Source: a virus. From it: DNA of 64,000 bases. The stretch's first letter is position 1. Every line of letters starts with the position of its first letter. Under the pieces are notes generated by a model. It saw only the letters and a list, made by a program, of their open reading frames with translations. It made no database searches and was not told the origin of the DNA. The translations under genes and the position numbers were made by a program. Shown here piece after piece: positions 39,045 through 49,500 of the stretch. Location: positions 27,711 through 91,710 of the IMG/VR virus record IMGVR_UViG_3300036766_000686; one strand, written 5' to 3'.

Positions 39045-39539
39045 TTACGAAATGCGCAACGAATATGTAATTTTTATCTTGTCGGATTTCGTCTTGTTGA
39101 CGCTGGTGCCGAAGATCGCCCGCATCAACGCCGTGCCGCCGGGGGTCGTGATCTGGTTCAGGATGCAGACTTCCTTGATCCCCGCAACCGACAACGAGCC
39201 CGCGCTAGAGGCGTAGCAGGCGACGATCTGGAGGGTGCGCGGACCACCCGCCGTTGCGGACATGGTCTTGGCGGAAAACGTCTTGCGGGTCGAAGCGATC
39301 GGGCTGAGCAGGTTGGTCTGGACGCTAGACACCGCGGCGCCCGAAGTGCCGATCCGCATGCACTTCATTAACGAGGTCTGGAGCCCCACGAGCGTTCGAA
39401 GCACCTGCCTCTTGCCCACGTTGACCACGGTGTTGTGGGTTTCTTGACGATGGATGACCTCTGGCCCGTGCTTGCCATCTCGGATCACTTCCATCGTGAC
39501 CACACCGACCATTTTCTTGATTGAATCAAACTGTTCCAT
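39045..39539 (-). CDS. Virion structural protein
   Basis: HNTVVNVG..MRIGT..IKEVCI..VNKTKSDKIKITY, typical of phage fibre/collar N-terminal-like domains. Confidence 0.6.
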   Translation of the reverse strand: MEQFDSIKKMVGVVTMEVIRDGKHGPEVIHRQETHNTVVNVGKRQVLRTLVGLQTSLMKCMRIGTSGAAVSSVQTNLLSPIASTRKTFSAKTMSATAGGPRTLQIVACYASSAGSLSVAGIKEVCILNQITTPGGTALMRAIFGTSVNKTKSDKIKITYSLRIS

Positions 39540-41400
39540 TTTTATTACTCTCCTTGTCTTGTGGCAAACGATTAACCGTTAACCGCTCCAGTTCTTTTAT
39601 AATTTGCCGAGATTCCTTCACGACCTCATACGGAGCGTCATCAGGAAGCAATTCGAGAGCGCTCCTTGCCCACCTAAGGGCTTCCTCTCCGTTTCCCAAT
39701 TCTGCGCATACCATGGCAAGCCGCTGGGCAGGCAGGTAAGAGTATGCCGCCTCGTCAATCCACCAGACGGTAAAAGGAGCTTCATTGATCCCGGTTGCCG
39801 CATACCTATAGAATTTATATGCCTGTTCGTAGGCTTCGTCAATGTTTGCAAGATCCCCAAGCCAAAGCCAGTGCTCCGTCCTCGACCAATCGTCCGCTGT
39901 AGCTGCAAACAAAGCCCTCCTCGCCCTCTCTATGCACTGTCTTTTTTCCCCCTTATCTTTTGATAATAAATATCGCCCCATCGACTCCTTGGCGATCACG
40001 AGTTGGACTTGGTAACGCTGAGGCCCGTTGTGGCTACGGGCAAGAAATTCCTCATAGCGGGTCAGCGCCTTATCTGTGTTGAATTGTCGCCACTCTTGCG
40101 CCAGATAAAACAAAGAATTTTCATTTTGGTTCATGCGCCAATCATCGAGGAGTGTATTGCGGTTTTGCGCGTTGCGTTGTTGAGCACGGGCGTGGGCGTT
40201 GTCTTGCGAACGCTCGTGGTAGGTATGAATCTGCGGAAGCCTAACGCAATAGGTTCCATCGGGATAAGACAACGCATTATGGACGGCACGAGAGAATTTG
40301 ATATCGGGGGCGCGTTGGAAGAGCCAAGGAAAAGCCCAACGTTGCCCGCCCCCGTTCCTGAACACAAAGCCCACGCGAGCTTGTTTCGGCATCACTTTGT
40401 CAAGGTGCCTCAGCACCATGTCCCCTTGGATCAACCGCTCGTGCCCCTCGGTCATAAAAATCCAATCACCCGTGCATTGATCTAGGCACTGATTTCGACA
40501 ATGCGAAAAATGCGCCTTGCCTTCCCCTTGAAATTCCTCGCCAACTCCCGCGGGGGAGTCGATAAGAAATACCTTGTCCGCGTACCGCTCCGCGATTTCA
40601 AACGTGTTGTCCTTGGTGCGCGGGTCGATCCCAATTACCATTTCGTCCGCGACCCCTCGAAACGACGCCAGCACCTTTTCGATATCTCGCGCCTCGTCAC
40701 GGACGGGCATCGTCACGGACAAGCGGTAGGGCTTGTGAGCGATCGGCCCGCAGACCCCGAGTAGAAAAGGGCCAAGCGCTTCCACGAACACGTCCTCGAA
40801 AAACTGCCCGAGATAATGCTTGAACTGGATCGCGGTAAATTTGATCGTGTGTTGAGGCTCCTCCTCGGGACCGAGCCGATTATTTGGAACACTGAAAAAA
40901 CACCCCGCATACTTTTGAGCGCTTGCGATATTGAGAATTTGCCCACGCGTTGTTTCGGACAAGTGTTCGAGGACTTCCGTTGCCACGAGGAAATTGTTTT
41001 TACCTTCGTGCGAAATTTCGTGCCCCCGAAATACGTTCCTCCACTGTAAATCATCCTCAAGGTCAGTGTGGTAGATCTTGTGACCTTTTGCGCCTGCCAA
41101 CGCCAACGCCTCCTCGCTGATATCGCACACGCAAACACACGCCTGCTTGGCTTCTTTCAACTGGTCCGCGAGTATTCCCACGCCCCCGCCCAAGTCCACC
41201 ACTCCGCAACTCTCGGGCAGCTCTCGCTCGATATGTCGGTATACTCTATTTAGCGCTTCCTTGCGCCATGATTCATCCCCTTCCGCAACCCACAGCTTAT
41301 CCCACAAGTCCGCGGAGTTCATCTGGCGAGCGTGCCTCTCGATACGTTCCTTGCCTTCATCGAAAGGTTCCTCGACGTTTTTTGCCATATCAGTCATCAA
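39526..41400 (-). CDS. SAM-methyltransferase + GT2 glycosyltransferase + TPR fusion
   Basis: VVDLGGGVG, EVLEHL; LSVTMPVRDE..FSHCRN..DWIF; C-terminal TPR-like helices. Confidence 0.8.
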   Translation of the reverse strand: MMTDMAKNVEEPFDEGKERIERHARQMNSADLWDKLWVAEGDESWRKEALNRVYRHIERELPESCGVVDLGGGVGILADQLKEAKQACVCVCDISEEALALAGAKGHKIYHTDLEDDLQWRNVFRGHEISHEGKNNFLVATEVLEHLSETTRGQILNIASAQKYAGCFFSVPNNRLGPEEEPQHTIKFTAIQFKHYLGQFFEDVFVEALGPFLLGVCGPIAHKPYRLSVTMPVRDEARDIEKVLASFRGVADEMVIGIDPRTKDNTFEIAERYADKVFLIDSPAGVGEEFQGEGKAHFSHCRNQCLDQCTGDWIFMTEGHERLIQGDMVLRHLDKVMPKQARVGFVFRNGGGQRWAFPWLFQRAPDIKFSRAVHNALSYPDGTYCVRLPQIHTYHERSQDNAHARAQQRNAQNRNTLLDDWRMNQNENSLFYLAQEWRQFNTDKALTRYEEFLARSHNGPQRYQVQLVIAKESMGRYLLSKDKGEKRQCIERARRALFAATADDWSRTEHWLWLGDLANIDEAYEQAYKFYRYAATGINEAPFTVWWIDEAAYSYLPAQRLAMVCAELGNGEEALRWARSALELLPDDAPYEVVKESRQIIKELERLTVNRLPQDKESNKNGTV

Positions 41401-41411
41401 AAGCCTCCTTG

Positions 41412-42035
41412 TTATTTTTTCATTTTCTTAATGGTAAGTCCGACCGCTTGTTGCCATTGCTCCTCTGCGAATTCTCGTACCCCGGGGTCTGCCATCGTAG
41501 CAGAAAAAAAAGGGCGGGGAGGGATTACTAAAGCGTTCGTTGAAAGTTTCAAAGGCAGGAACCGTTTTCGGCGGGAGGGTTTCGTAGCGTCCCATATCTC
41601 CTTCGCCCTCCCAGTCAATTTACTCACAGGGAGCCTTCCCTGCCCTGCAAGCCACAGCGCCCAAAAGAGTCCGTGCATTTTCGCGGTCACGGGAACCGTG
41701 GCACCCTCGTGAACTATTCGCGCCACATCCCACTTCCCGTTCGTTCGCTGTACCCCGACAACAACTCCATACCACCCAATCTTGTCGAACGTCACGGAGT
41801 TAAACAAGTTCGCCCCTTTGGTGCCTACAAGCGCCTTGCTCCCCCCTTTTATTACCGCGGTCAAAGGGGCATTTTTTTCAAAGTCCCCAGATCGAATTAC
41901 ATCACGTACCTTCCCGCGCGTTTCCAACCCGATCCGCAAATTAGCCGACTCCACATTTTTTTGCAGTTCGGGGCCGAATAAGGTTATCGCCCGAGCGAAG
42001 TCCGAGAACCCAATCAACTTGACCGAAAACGTCAC
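41412..42035 (-). CDS. Virion morphogenesis/tail-completion protein
   Basis: NAPLT..KG..L, ARIVHEGAT, IPPRPFF. Confidence 0.75.
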   Translation of the reverse strand: MTFSVKLIGFSDFARAITLFGPELQKNVESANLRIGLETRGKVRDVIRSGDFEKNAPLTAVIKGGSKALVGTKGANLFNSVTFDKIGWYGVVVGVQRTNGKWDVARIVHEGATVPVTAKMHGLFWALWLAGQGRLPVSKLTGRAKEIWDATKPSRRKRFLPLKLSTNALVIPPRPFFSATMADPGVREFAEEQWQQAVGLTIKKMKK

Positions 42036-42460
42036 GACAAGCGCCTCGGTTGCTTTCCCGGCTGGCGATCTTCGAAATACGCCTTAATCAAAGTCGCGCC
42101 CCCGAGGTCGCCATAGTGTCCTTTAGGTTCTAAGCGAATAATGTAGGCATCGTGTTCGACCGCTCCGATTTTCGTAATACGATCGCCAATAGACAAAGTA
42201 ACCTCAACCGCTTCCAAGTCCCTCGTGCGAAACAACACGTACCCGCTTTCCGATTCTCTCGTCCCTGCCGTCTCGTAGGTGATTTCCTTCGACGTTCCAT
42301 ACTTGACTTGCCCTTGTAACTCGATAACGGGCTTCCTTGTCGCTTGTTGCACGGGGGCTCGGGTTGATTCGTCATAAACAGTCCGCGACTTATCAATCCG
42401 TTCCAAGCGAACGCGCACAGGGTGGATCAACGTGGGATAGGAACGCATCAATAACTCCAT
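42032..42460 (-). CDS. Head closure protein
   Basis: Position, size, IGDRITKIG. Confidence 0.6.
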   Translation of the reverse strand: MELLMRSYPTLIHPVRVRLERIDKSRTVYDESTRAPVQQATRKPVIELQGQVKYGTSKEITYETAGTRESESGYVLFRTRDLEAVEVTLSIGDRITKIGAVEHDAYIIRLEPKGHYGDLGGATLIKAYFEDRQPGKQPRRLS

Positions 42461-43221
42461 GCGGCGGGCGTGGCTACTCCGATCGGAGCACGATATAGAG
42501 CGAATATATCCAAGATTTCCATGTCCGACGTGATACCAAGAAGTCCTGAGCGGCGCGAGTTTGTCGATTGAACTCCATAGGAGATGCTGTGTCCGTCTGT
42601 GGTTTCCGACACTACCGTTCCCGCAATCACAGTGGACGTTCCCCCGCTTGCCCCTGCTCCATATTGAGCTACCAACTTTTCCGTGACTAGTTTCGTCAAC
42701 GCTCGACGGATCGGGCGAGGGGCTTTGTTCCCCGTGATAACGTGCCCGAACACGCCCACGATCCTTTGATTCTGATAGCCTTTATAAAATCTCGCATCCC
42801 CTCCTCGCAACGCTGCGGTATAGAGGTCAGCTATTTGTTGGGCGTGGGTCAGGCAAATTTTGGGGTCTCGATAGTCGAGATAAACCTTGTAGGCAGAGGA
42901 GTCGAGCGCTTCCACGCCCCCATTAATGTAAACTTCGCTTACCGAGATAATAGGAACGCCAAAGTGAAGCACGTCCGAATCGTTCCCATTGACTTCAAGG
43001 GTAAGCGACTTCGGGTAAAACCATTGACGGCAAATCCGCTCTATGACCTCCTGCCATAATTGTATCGCGGCAAACACGCCTTCGTCCGATACTTGTGAAG
43101 GGGTCAACCCCGAAAACTCACGAATGTCCTCGATGGAAGCGTAGATTGTTGCACCCCCCTCCTCTGCCACTGAGTCCGAAACTCCCAACGAATCCGATAT
43201 AGATTGTATAAACTCAGCCAT
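42448..43221 (-). CDS. Head-tail connector (adaptor)
   Basis: YASIEDIR, IERICRQWF, PRPIRRA, SETTDGHSISY; start set to ATG 43221. Confidence 0.7.
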   Translation of the reverse strand: MAEFIQSISDSLGVSDSVAEEGGATIYASIEDIREFSGLTPSQVSDEGVFAAIQLWQEVIERICRQWFYPKSLTLEVNGNDSDVLHFGVPIISVSEVYINGGVEALDSSAYKVYLDYRDPKICLTHAQQIADLYTAALRGGDARFYKGYQNQRIVGVFGHVITGNKAPRPIRRALTKLVTEKLVAQYGAGASGGTSTVIAGTVVSETTDGHSISYGVQSTNSRRSGLLGITSDMEILDIFALYRAPIGVATPAAWSY

Positions 43222-43579
43222 GTTTTTGCTCCATGCGAGGATTATACGCCAGTTTACCAGTTTTCGACAAACTGATCCTTGCGGCTCGTTGCTCTTGATG
43301 CACAAGCACCACAGCCCTCAGTTCCCCCGCTTGACAGATCAACCTTTCCCCACCTTTGAACCTTCGTTGCGGATCGGCCAACAAGTGTTCGCAATCGACA
43401 AAAACTCCTTCGAAGCCAAGCGGGCGAGTGAATGAATACGATACCCCACCGCTTTGCAACGTGACCGCGCTTATTCGTTGCTGGAAAGCAAAGTCCTTAA
43501 CAAGCTCTTTCCACCCTGCGCCGTCCGAAACAAGGTCGAACTTGAGCGTTGTCCCGTCCGTTAGATGAACACACAACAC
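43214..43579 (-). CDS. Hypothetical protein
   Basis: Contiguous minus-strand ORF in the head-neck operon. Confidence 0.55.
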   Translation of the reverse strand: MLCVHLTDGTTLKFDLVSDGAGWKELVKDFAFQQRISAVTLQSGGVSYSFTRPLGFEGVFVDCEHLLADPQRRFKGGERLICQAGELRAVVLVHQEQRAARISLSKTGKLAYNPRMEQKHG

Positions 43580-43597
43580 ACGCCCGCTCCTACGCTC

Positions 43598-43969
43598 CTA
43601 TTGCAGCCGCGTTCCTCGTCGGCGTCGTATCGGGGGAATCTTGTCTGGGTCGGAGGCTGGAGCAGGGACGGGCGCGGAGGCTATCGAACGCTCGACGACC
43701 TCAACGCCCGGCCCAACCACAATCTTCGCAATCGTCAAGCGCAGGGAAAGGGGGTTAGGCGGGACAACGATCGAAGGATCAAAGTAAGCGCCACGCCCCC
43801 GCAACTCTGGGCAACTCGACAAGACGCCAAGCCACTCATCCTCTGTCACAACATAAGATGCCCCCGGGCGTAAATAGAGCGCTCCCTTGACGGTGCGCTC
43901 CTTGCCTGCAGGCACTTCCACTTGCTGGAGCCGCGAATCCCGCGGGTAGATGAAGGCGACGCGAATCAT
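43598..43969 (-). CDS. Hypothetical protein
   Basis: ATGA overlap with upstream ORF. Confidence 0.55.
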   Translation of the reverse strand: MIRVAFIYPRDSRLQQVEVPAGKERTVKGALYLRPGASYVVTEDEWLGVLSSCPELRGRGAYFDPSIVVPPNPLSLRLTIAKIVVGPGVEVVERSIASAPVPAPASDPDKIPPIRRRRGTRLQ

Positions 43970-44232
43970 TCCGAGCGCTTCGCCGGGACGCGCCCTCGCG
44001 CCTCGCCGGGGAACGCGGGCTTGTGTTCGTTCATTTCGGGGTCGATGGGCGGGAGGACTTCGTCTCGCTTTGTCACCTCGACGGAAAACTGGGTACGGGT
44101 TTTGCAGTATTCAATTAACCGCTCGTCCGTCGTGATAAATGCCCGATCGTTTTGCAACACGACCTCCGTTTGCATGTGCGGCAAGCGTAGCGTGTGCGAT
44201 CTGCCTTCCAACAATCCGATTCTTGCTTCCAT
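43966..44232 (-). CDS. Hypothetical protein
   Basis: First ORF after the capsid gene; GGAG upstream. Confidence 0.55.
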   Translation of the reverse strand: MEARIGLLEGRSHTLRLPHMQTEVVLQNDRAFITTDERLIEYCKTRTQFSVEVTKRDEVLPPIDPEMNEHKPAFPGEARGRVPAKRSE

Positions 44233-44337
44233 CTTGAGACTCCTTTTCCAAACGATGGTTATTTACTTTCAATATCTCACAGCCCCAGAGACAACTCCCC
44301 GAGGCCGTGAGCTATTAGGATAGTAGGTTTACGCGAG

Positions 44338-45528
44338 CTATACGCCCACGCCGATGTTGTACGCCTTGACCAGAGCGTCGGTTTCCTCGATGTTGACCGA
44401 GACCTTCGCGGTCACGACGTATTCGTTGGCGCGCTTGTGGATGTTGCGCTGTTTCTCCATGCGAATGTCCCGACCAATGCCGAGGATGAAATTCTGCATG
44501 TGGGTCAGCAGAATTTGCGGGTACGCTTTGTAGGTGACCTTCACCGTCGCGCCGTCACCGATCGCCCCGCCGCCCTTCCGATTGATCTGGCCGGTGGCAT
44601 AGTCGATTTCGTAATCGGTGTCCTTGATGTACTTCGTGGTCGGAGCGCCCGCGAGGGTGCTCGGCAAGACGACCTCTTCGGTCATGGGGGAATAGCGCAA
44701 GGTGACTTTGGTCGTACCGCTGAGGACGACGTGTTGCACGATGGACTGGTACATCGAAAGCAACGGCACCTCGACGATCGGAATACCGAACGGGGTCTGG
44801 GTCTGTCCTTCGCTCGCCGCGTCGCCTTTCGGAGTGGCGCGAGTGGCGACCTTTTCGATGTAAATCTGCGCAAGGTCGCTGGACATGAAGAACCGCAGGT
44901 TGGCTTTGTTGCGCCGGAACTTCTGGGGCATCGCTCGAATCATCGATCCGAACACGCTCAGACCGATGTTGGATCCTCCCGCGTTGACGAGGTGCGAGCT
45001 ATCGCCCGTCCTCATCCAGCCATCGAACATGGCGAGCAACGGGTCCTTGATGTATTTCGCGGTGTCGCCGTTGTCGTGGACGTCGCCTTGGATCGACGCC
45101 TGACCAACGATATCGCCGCAGAGAGCCAAGGTCTCGGCGTCGTTACGCCAGCCCGTAGCAAACATCTTGACGATATGATCCTCGACCGATTCGCCTTCCA
45201 AGGACAGTTCCTTGAACGCGTCCGAAATATCGAACGCGGCAATCACCTCTTTCGGGGTCAAGGTGATCTGTGAAGTCGAGACGCCGCTCCGCTGGTCGGG
45301 AGCGACGTACTCGGCGGCGGGCTGCATGACCCGCTTGCCGATTCCGATCTTGTCGATGTTCAATTGTTCGTTCCGAAAGCGAACCACACGGACGTTGTCC
45401 TGCAGCACCGATTCGTCCACGACGTAATCAATGAACTTGTCGGACTGGGCAGGGTTCAGTTTGCCTGAGGAGGCAAGCGCATCCGCCGCCGTGATTGCCT
45501 TTTCCCTCAACAGTTGCTCGTTATCCAT
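44338..45528 (-). CDS. Major capsid protein (HK97 fold, XkdG/P2-like) with internal beta insertion
   Basis: GKLNPAQSDKFIDYV, IDKIG, SLEG, FDGW, FGIPIVEVP, NFILGIGRDI. Confidence 0.9.
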   Translation of the reverse strand: MDNEQLLREKAITAADALASSGKLNPAQSDKFIDYVVDESVLQDNVRVVRFRNEQLNIDKIGIGKRVMQPAAEYVAPDQRSGVSTSQITLTPKEVIAAFDISDAFKELSLEGESVEDHIVKMFATGWRNDAETLALCGDIVGQASIQGDVHDNGDTAKYIKDPLLAMFDGWMRTGDSSHLVNAGGSNIGLSVFGSMIRAMPQKFRRNKANLRFFMSSDLAQIYIEKVATRATPKGDAASEGQTQTPFGIPIVEVPLLSMYQSIVQHVVLSGTTKVTLRYSPMTEEVVLPSTLAGAPTTKYIKDTDYEIDYATGQINRKGGGAIGDGATVKVTYKAYPQILLTHMQNFILGIGRDIRMEKQRNIHKRANEYVVTAKVSVNIEETDALVKAYNIGVGV

Positions 45529-45568
45529 TTCCGTTTTTCTCCTTCTGAGTTTGAATCCCTGAGCCCAA

Positions 45569-46522
45569 CTAGATCAGGCCCTTCCAAATGTTGTCGCTCT
45601 TTGTGACGATGCCTTTGTCCGTACCGTCGCCCTCACCCTTCGGCGCGGGGCGTGTGTTCTCGATGGTCGCGAGACGCTTCTCCGTTTCCTCGAGTTTGGA
45701 TTGGAGCGGAGAGGTCGCCGCTTTGACGGCTTCCTCAATCTCGCTCTTGCTCACGGACTTGGCGGGAGTGGCAGTCGTTGCCGAGGTCCACTTGATAGAA
45801 CCGGGAAGTTCCTTGCCCACCAAGGCTTCCATGACGCCCTTGGCCGCTTCCGAGTCCACGCCAGCCAACAGTTCGAGCATTTTACGTGCCGTATCTGCAA
45901 GGCTCGCGGTGCGTTCGCTGGTGAACTGCTTCCCGCCCTTCGCCACGTCCGCGTTGATCGTGACCCGACCGTCCTCGTCAATCTCCACGAGGTTCTTCTT
46001 GGCGGGGATGGACTTCGCTTCATACCCGCATTTCTCGCACACGCCGTCCTTCATGGCACCTTTGCACTTGGGGCAAAGCTCGGGAGCGGCTTTCGTTTCG
46101 CCTTTGTTGTCGGCGGCGGCTTTCGTTGTCGCGTCCTCTTTGCAGGCGCCCGCGCTTCCCGGCGCTTTTTTGTCGGGGGTCGCTTTGGACTCGGGCGAAG
46201 GGTAGGGGTAACTCCCGCCCGCGACCTTGCCGAGAAACGACACAACCCGGGCAATCGAGTCCATGGGGACCCCATCGCCTTTTTGTTGACCCAGCCAAGC
46301 AACGCAATCCTTAATTGCCGTTGCAAGGTCGGCGGGGAGAGCCTTGTTGATTTCTTCGGACGAGCCCCCGTCCTCCCGATCTTTTTCAAACGCGCCCATA
46401 TTTTCCTCCTGTCTTTTGATGACCAGAAACTCCCGCAGAATGGCGGGGCGGTCCACGAGTGATACTTCCTTTACCATCAGGTCAAGTATTTCTCGTGGGT
46501 CCTTTGTATTCGATTCTGCCAT
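45569..46522 (-). CDS. Scaffolding protein
   Basis: N-terminal EVSLVDRPA..FLVIK, charged low-complexity body, coiled coil; directly upstream of capsid gene. Confidence 0.75.
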   Translation of the reverse strand: MAESNTKDPREILDLMVKEVSLVDRPAILREFLVIKRQEENMGAFEKDREDGGSSEEINKALPADLATAIKDCVAWLGQQKGDGVPMDSIARVVSFLGKVAGGSYPYPSPESKATPDKKAPGSAGACKEDATTKAAADNKGETKAAPELCPKCKGAMKDGVCEKCGYEAKSIPAKKNLVEIDEDGRVTINADVAKGGKQFTSERTASLADTARKMLELLAGVDSEAAKGVMEALVGKELPGSIKWTSATTATPAKSVSKSEIEEAVKAATSPLQSKLEETEKRLATIENTRPAPKGEGDGTDKGIVTKSDNIWKGLI

Positions 46523-46530
46523 GTATTTTT

Positions 46531-49500
46531 TTAGCTGGCGATCGTTGCCACTCCTCCAATTGAGAAGCCTGTTAACTTTCCAGCCTTGACGTCACTCCAA
46601 ACCTTATCACTGGTAACATGGACTGTCATTATCCACGAACCTTTTTTGACCTTCTCGTTTCCCAACGCAAACTCAGCGGGGGCAACATAGGACTCCACAA
46701 GCTCGATTCCCAGATCGCCAAAGGCGCGGTGCATCAATCCTAATTGTGTGCCGTTTTGCCCCACCGGTTTATTATAATTCATTAAGAATTTGTGGGCGGC
46801 GCGTTCGATGGTCTCGGGCTCCTCGTAATCGTGTTGGGCATCAATGACATTCGGCTCCAGTACCACCCCAGTGACTAACCTCTTTTCTTGCCCGTCCGCT
46901 CCCTTCCGCAACTCGACACGATAGACAGGAACAAAAATTTCGAAATCATAACGTTTCTCCGCGCTTTGCACTTCGGGAGCCTCCTGAGACGGAGCCCACA
47001 ACCATTGGTTACTTTGCGCGTTGCGCGTCAAAGTATAAACGCCTTTAAGCTTCTTCCCGTGGAATCGCGCTTTGATGAATGTATCGGATTGGGAAAGTAT
47101 TTCCGCGCGTCCCCTGTCCACCGCGTCAACGAAAGAAGGCGTTTCTTTGGTCGGATTTAGATAGTGCCCCGGCTTGACCACGCCCTCTATGCCCATCGAA
47201 TCCCTATGTCCGTCATGGGAAACCATCGTTGAAATTTGCTCGTTGCTCAAAGGGTCTTGAGGCATTTCGAATACCAGCAGATCGCCTACGCCCAAGTCCA
47301 CCCTGATAAACCAACGCCTGCGCGAAGGACCGAGGCGTATCTGGATTGGCCCCCGCCAAGTTTGATCTTGCAATACGAACTCCGCGTCCAGCAAGGATTT
47401 CTGCGCCCGCTTGTAAGGAGCCTCGAAATCGAGCTTGACCTCGCCCTTCGCAATCGCGTCCACGAGTGCGTCACGCATTGCCAACGCTTCCTGCCCCCGC
47501 TTGTCCCAGTATTGAAAACCTTTAGGCACTTGAACGCGAACGGCTTTAGGAAGCGCCGAGTACCCGTCCGGGGGCATCCATTTTTTGTCCACCGCTTCTT
47601 TTCCCAACACGTAAGGGGTCGGGTCGTCGGGGTAGATTGCGAGCCACGCCGCTTCATCCCCCATACCTTGATCCTCGGACGGAGGCAAAACCACGTCGGC
47701 CTTTTTCAGCAACTCTTTGGCGCAATCTAAACAGAGTAAAGCCTTGTCACCTTCCGCCCACCCTATCGCTACCGTCGCTTCGGACTCGGGGTGGGTCTCA
47801 CAACACTCGCCTTTGTTCGCAGAGTTGAAGGCAAGCTCTCGGAAAAACATACGATAGTTAAGCGCTTTGCCGTGGAAGAAATACTCATGGAACCAAGACT
47901 TTTGCGCTCCATATTCTACCGTTCCTTGATCAAGAATCAAAAATACCCCGGGGTACTGTCGAGTGCCCCCGACAGGCGGGGGTTGGCCGGGCTGAGGGTC
48001 TTTCGTCTTCCCCTCGACGTCGATCCATGCGTAAGGTTCCGGGGCCTTACGTTCGCTTTGAATTTCAGCCCGTACCAATTTATCCGTGCCTCCTTTAGGT
48101 CGCGTCGCCCACTCGCCCGTCTTCCAGTTGATCTTTTGCTTTCCATCCTCAGCAATCCATCGCCTTGCGTCCGCAAGCGACAGAATAGGGCGATCAGGAT
48201 TGCCGGGAATCTGTGTGTTAAGTGTCCATCCGGCCAGCAAGTCCTTGGGGCGCATTTCGATCCTAAGGTCATTATGAACACTCGCGCCTCGAAAATGGTT
48301 TTGCACCACATAGCGATAAGCGCCGTCCTCGGGCGGAACCTCTAGGTACGGGTCTTGTTGCTTCGCCAAGCCCTTAGCAAGGTCGGGGTAGGAATGTTCA
48401 AGCTCCATAGCCACATCGTCCGATTCCCAACGTTGCTCAAAAGCCTCCTTGACCTTTCGTTTGTCTCGCTCAGATAGCGCTTCCCATAGCGTCTTAACCT
48501 TCTTGCGCCCTTCCGACCCTAAAAATGCCGCTACTGCGCCTGACCATTCATTGGGCGGGCCAGCTTCGACCAGAAGTTCCGCGACGGTACGAGACTTACG
48601 AACGCCTTGCCCCGTGGGGCGATACGATACGTTGCCCTTTACGTCCACGTCCTTTTCTTGCAACACAAGGTCGCGCCGAGCTTGTGTCACCACCTCGTCC
48701 ACAGTGTTCGCGCCCCCATGCCCTTCCGATAGAACGCGAGGGACCCACGCTGAAATGTCAATGCCTTGAGGTGAACGCGTGAGGTTAATCGTCTCGCCCT
48801 CTATTCTCAACAGATCTCCCATTTCCAAGTCGAGGGACGTGGTAAACGTGTCGCCCATCGGCACCACGTCTTGCTCTTTTACTTGAACTATCGTTGCAGG
48901 CTTCTCGCGCCCCGGAAGCACCCCGTATTGATAGGCCCACGCGCCTCCCGCTGTTTTTTTCTTGCCGAGAATAACCGCAGTAAATACCGTGGCGTTGTGG
49001 TACTTGATCTGATAGTCAGGGTGGGTAAGGGCGAGCAAGTACGGCGCGTCCACTTGTTTGCATACAACGCCCTCCGAGCCCGGGAGCGTTCGATACTCGC
49101 GGACAACACGTTCGAGGTCGCGCGTATTGTCTACAACAACGAACGGGGCGACGTTGAGGCAATAACGTAAATCAGGCGCTCCTTTGGTCCCTTGCTTGAC
49201 TCCGAGTTTCGACAGTAAGCCAAGGCGATAGGCCGCTTCCTTGACGTGAATGTCACCCTCCTTGCCGTACCACAGGACATCGTAGATATTGCACACGAGG
49301 TTGGAATCGTCTGGAGCGCCCGTTGAGTGAATGTACCCGCTGGCGACCTCGCGGGGCATGTGTTGCGATCCCTCCCACGCCTCGATCTCCATCGGTACAA
49401 CGAGCGGGTCAACAGGAAGAGCCAGCAACTCCTTCACAACGTTGGGAAGCCGATCGGTATTATCTGTTCCGTCCTCGGAGAAAATACGCACCTTCCCATC

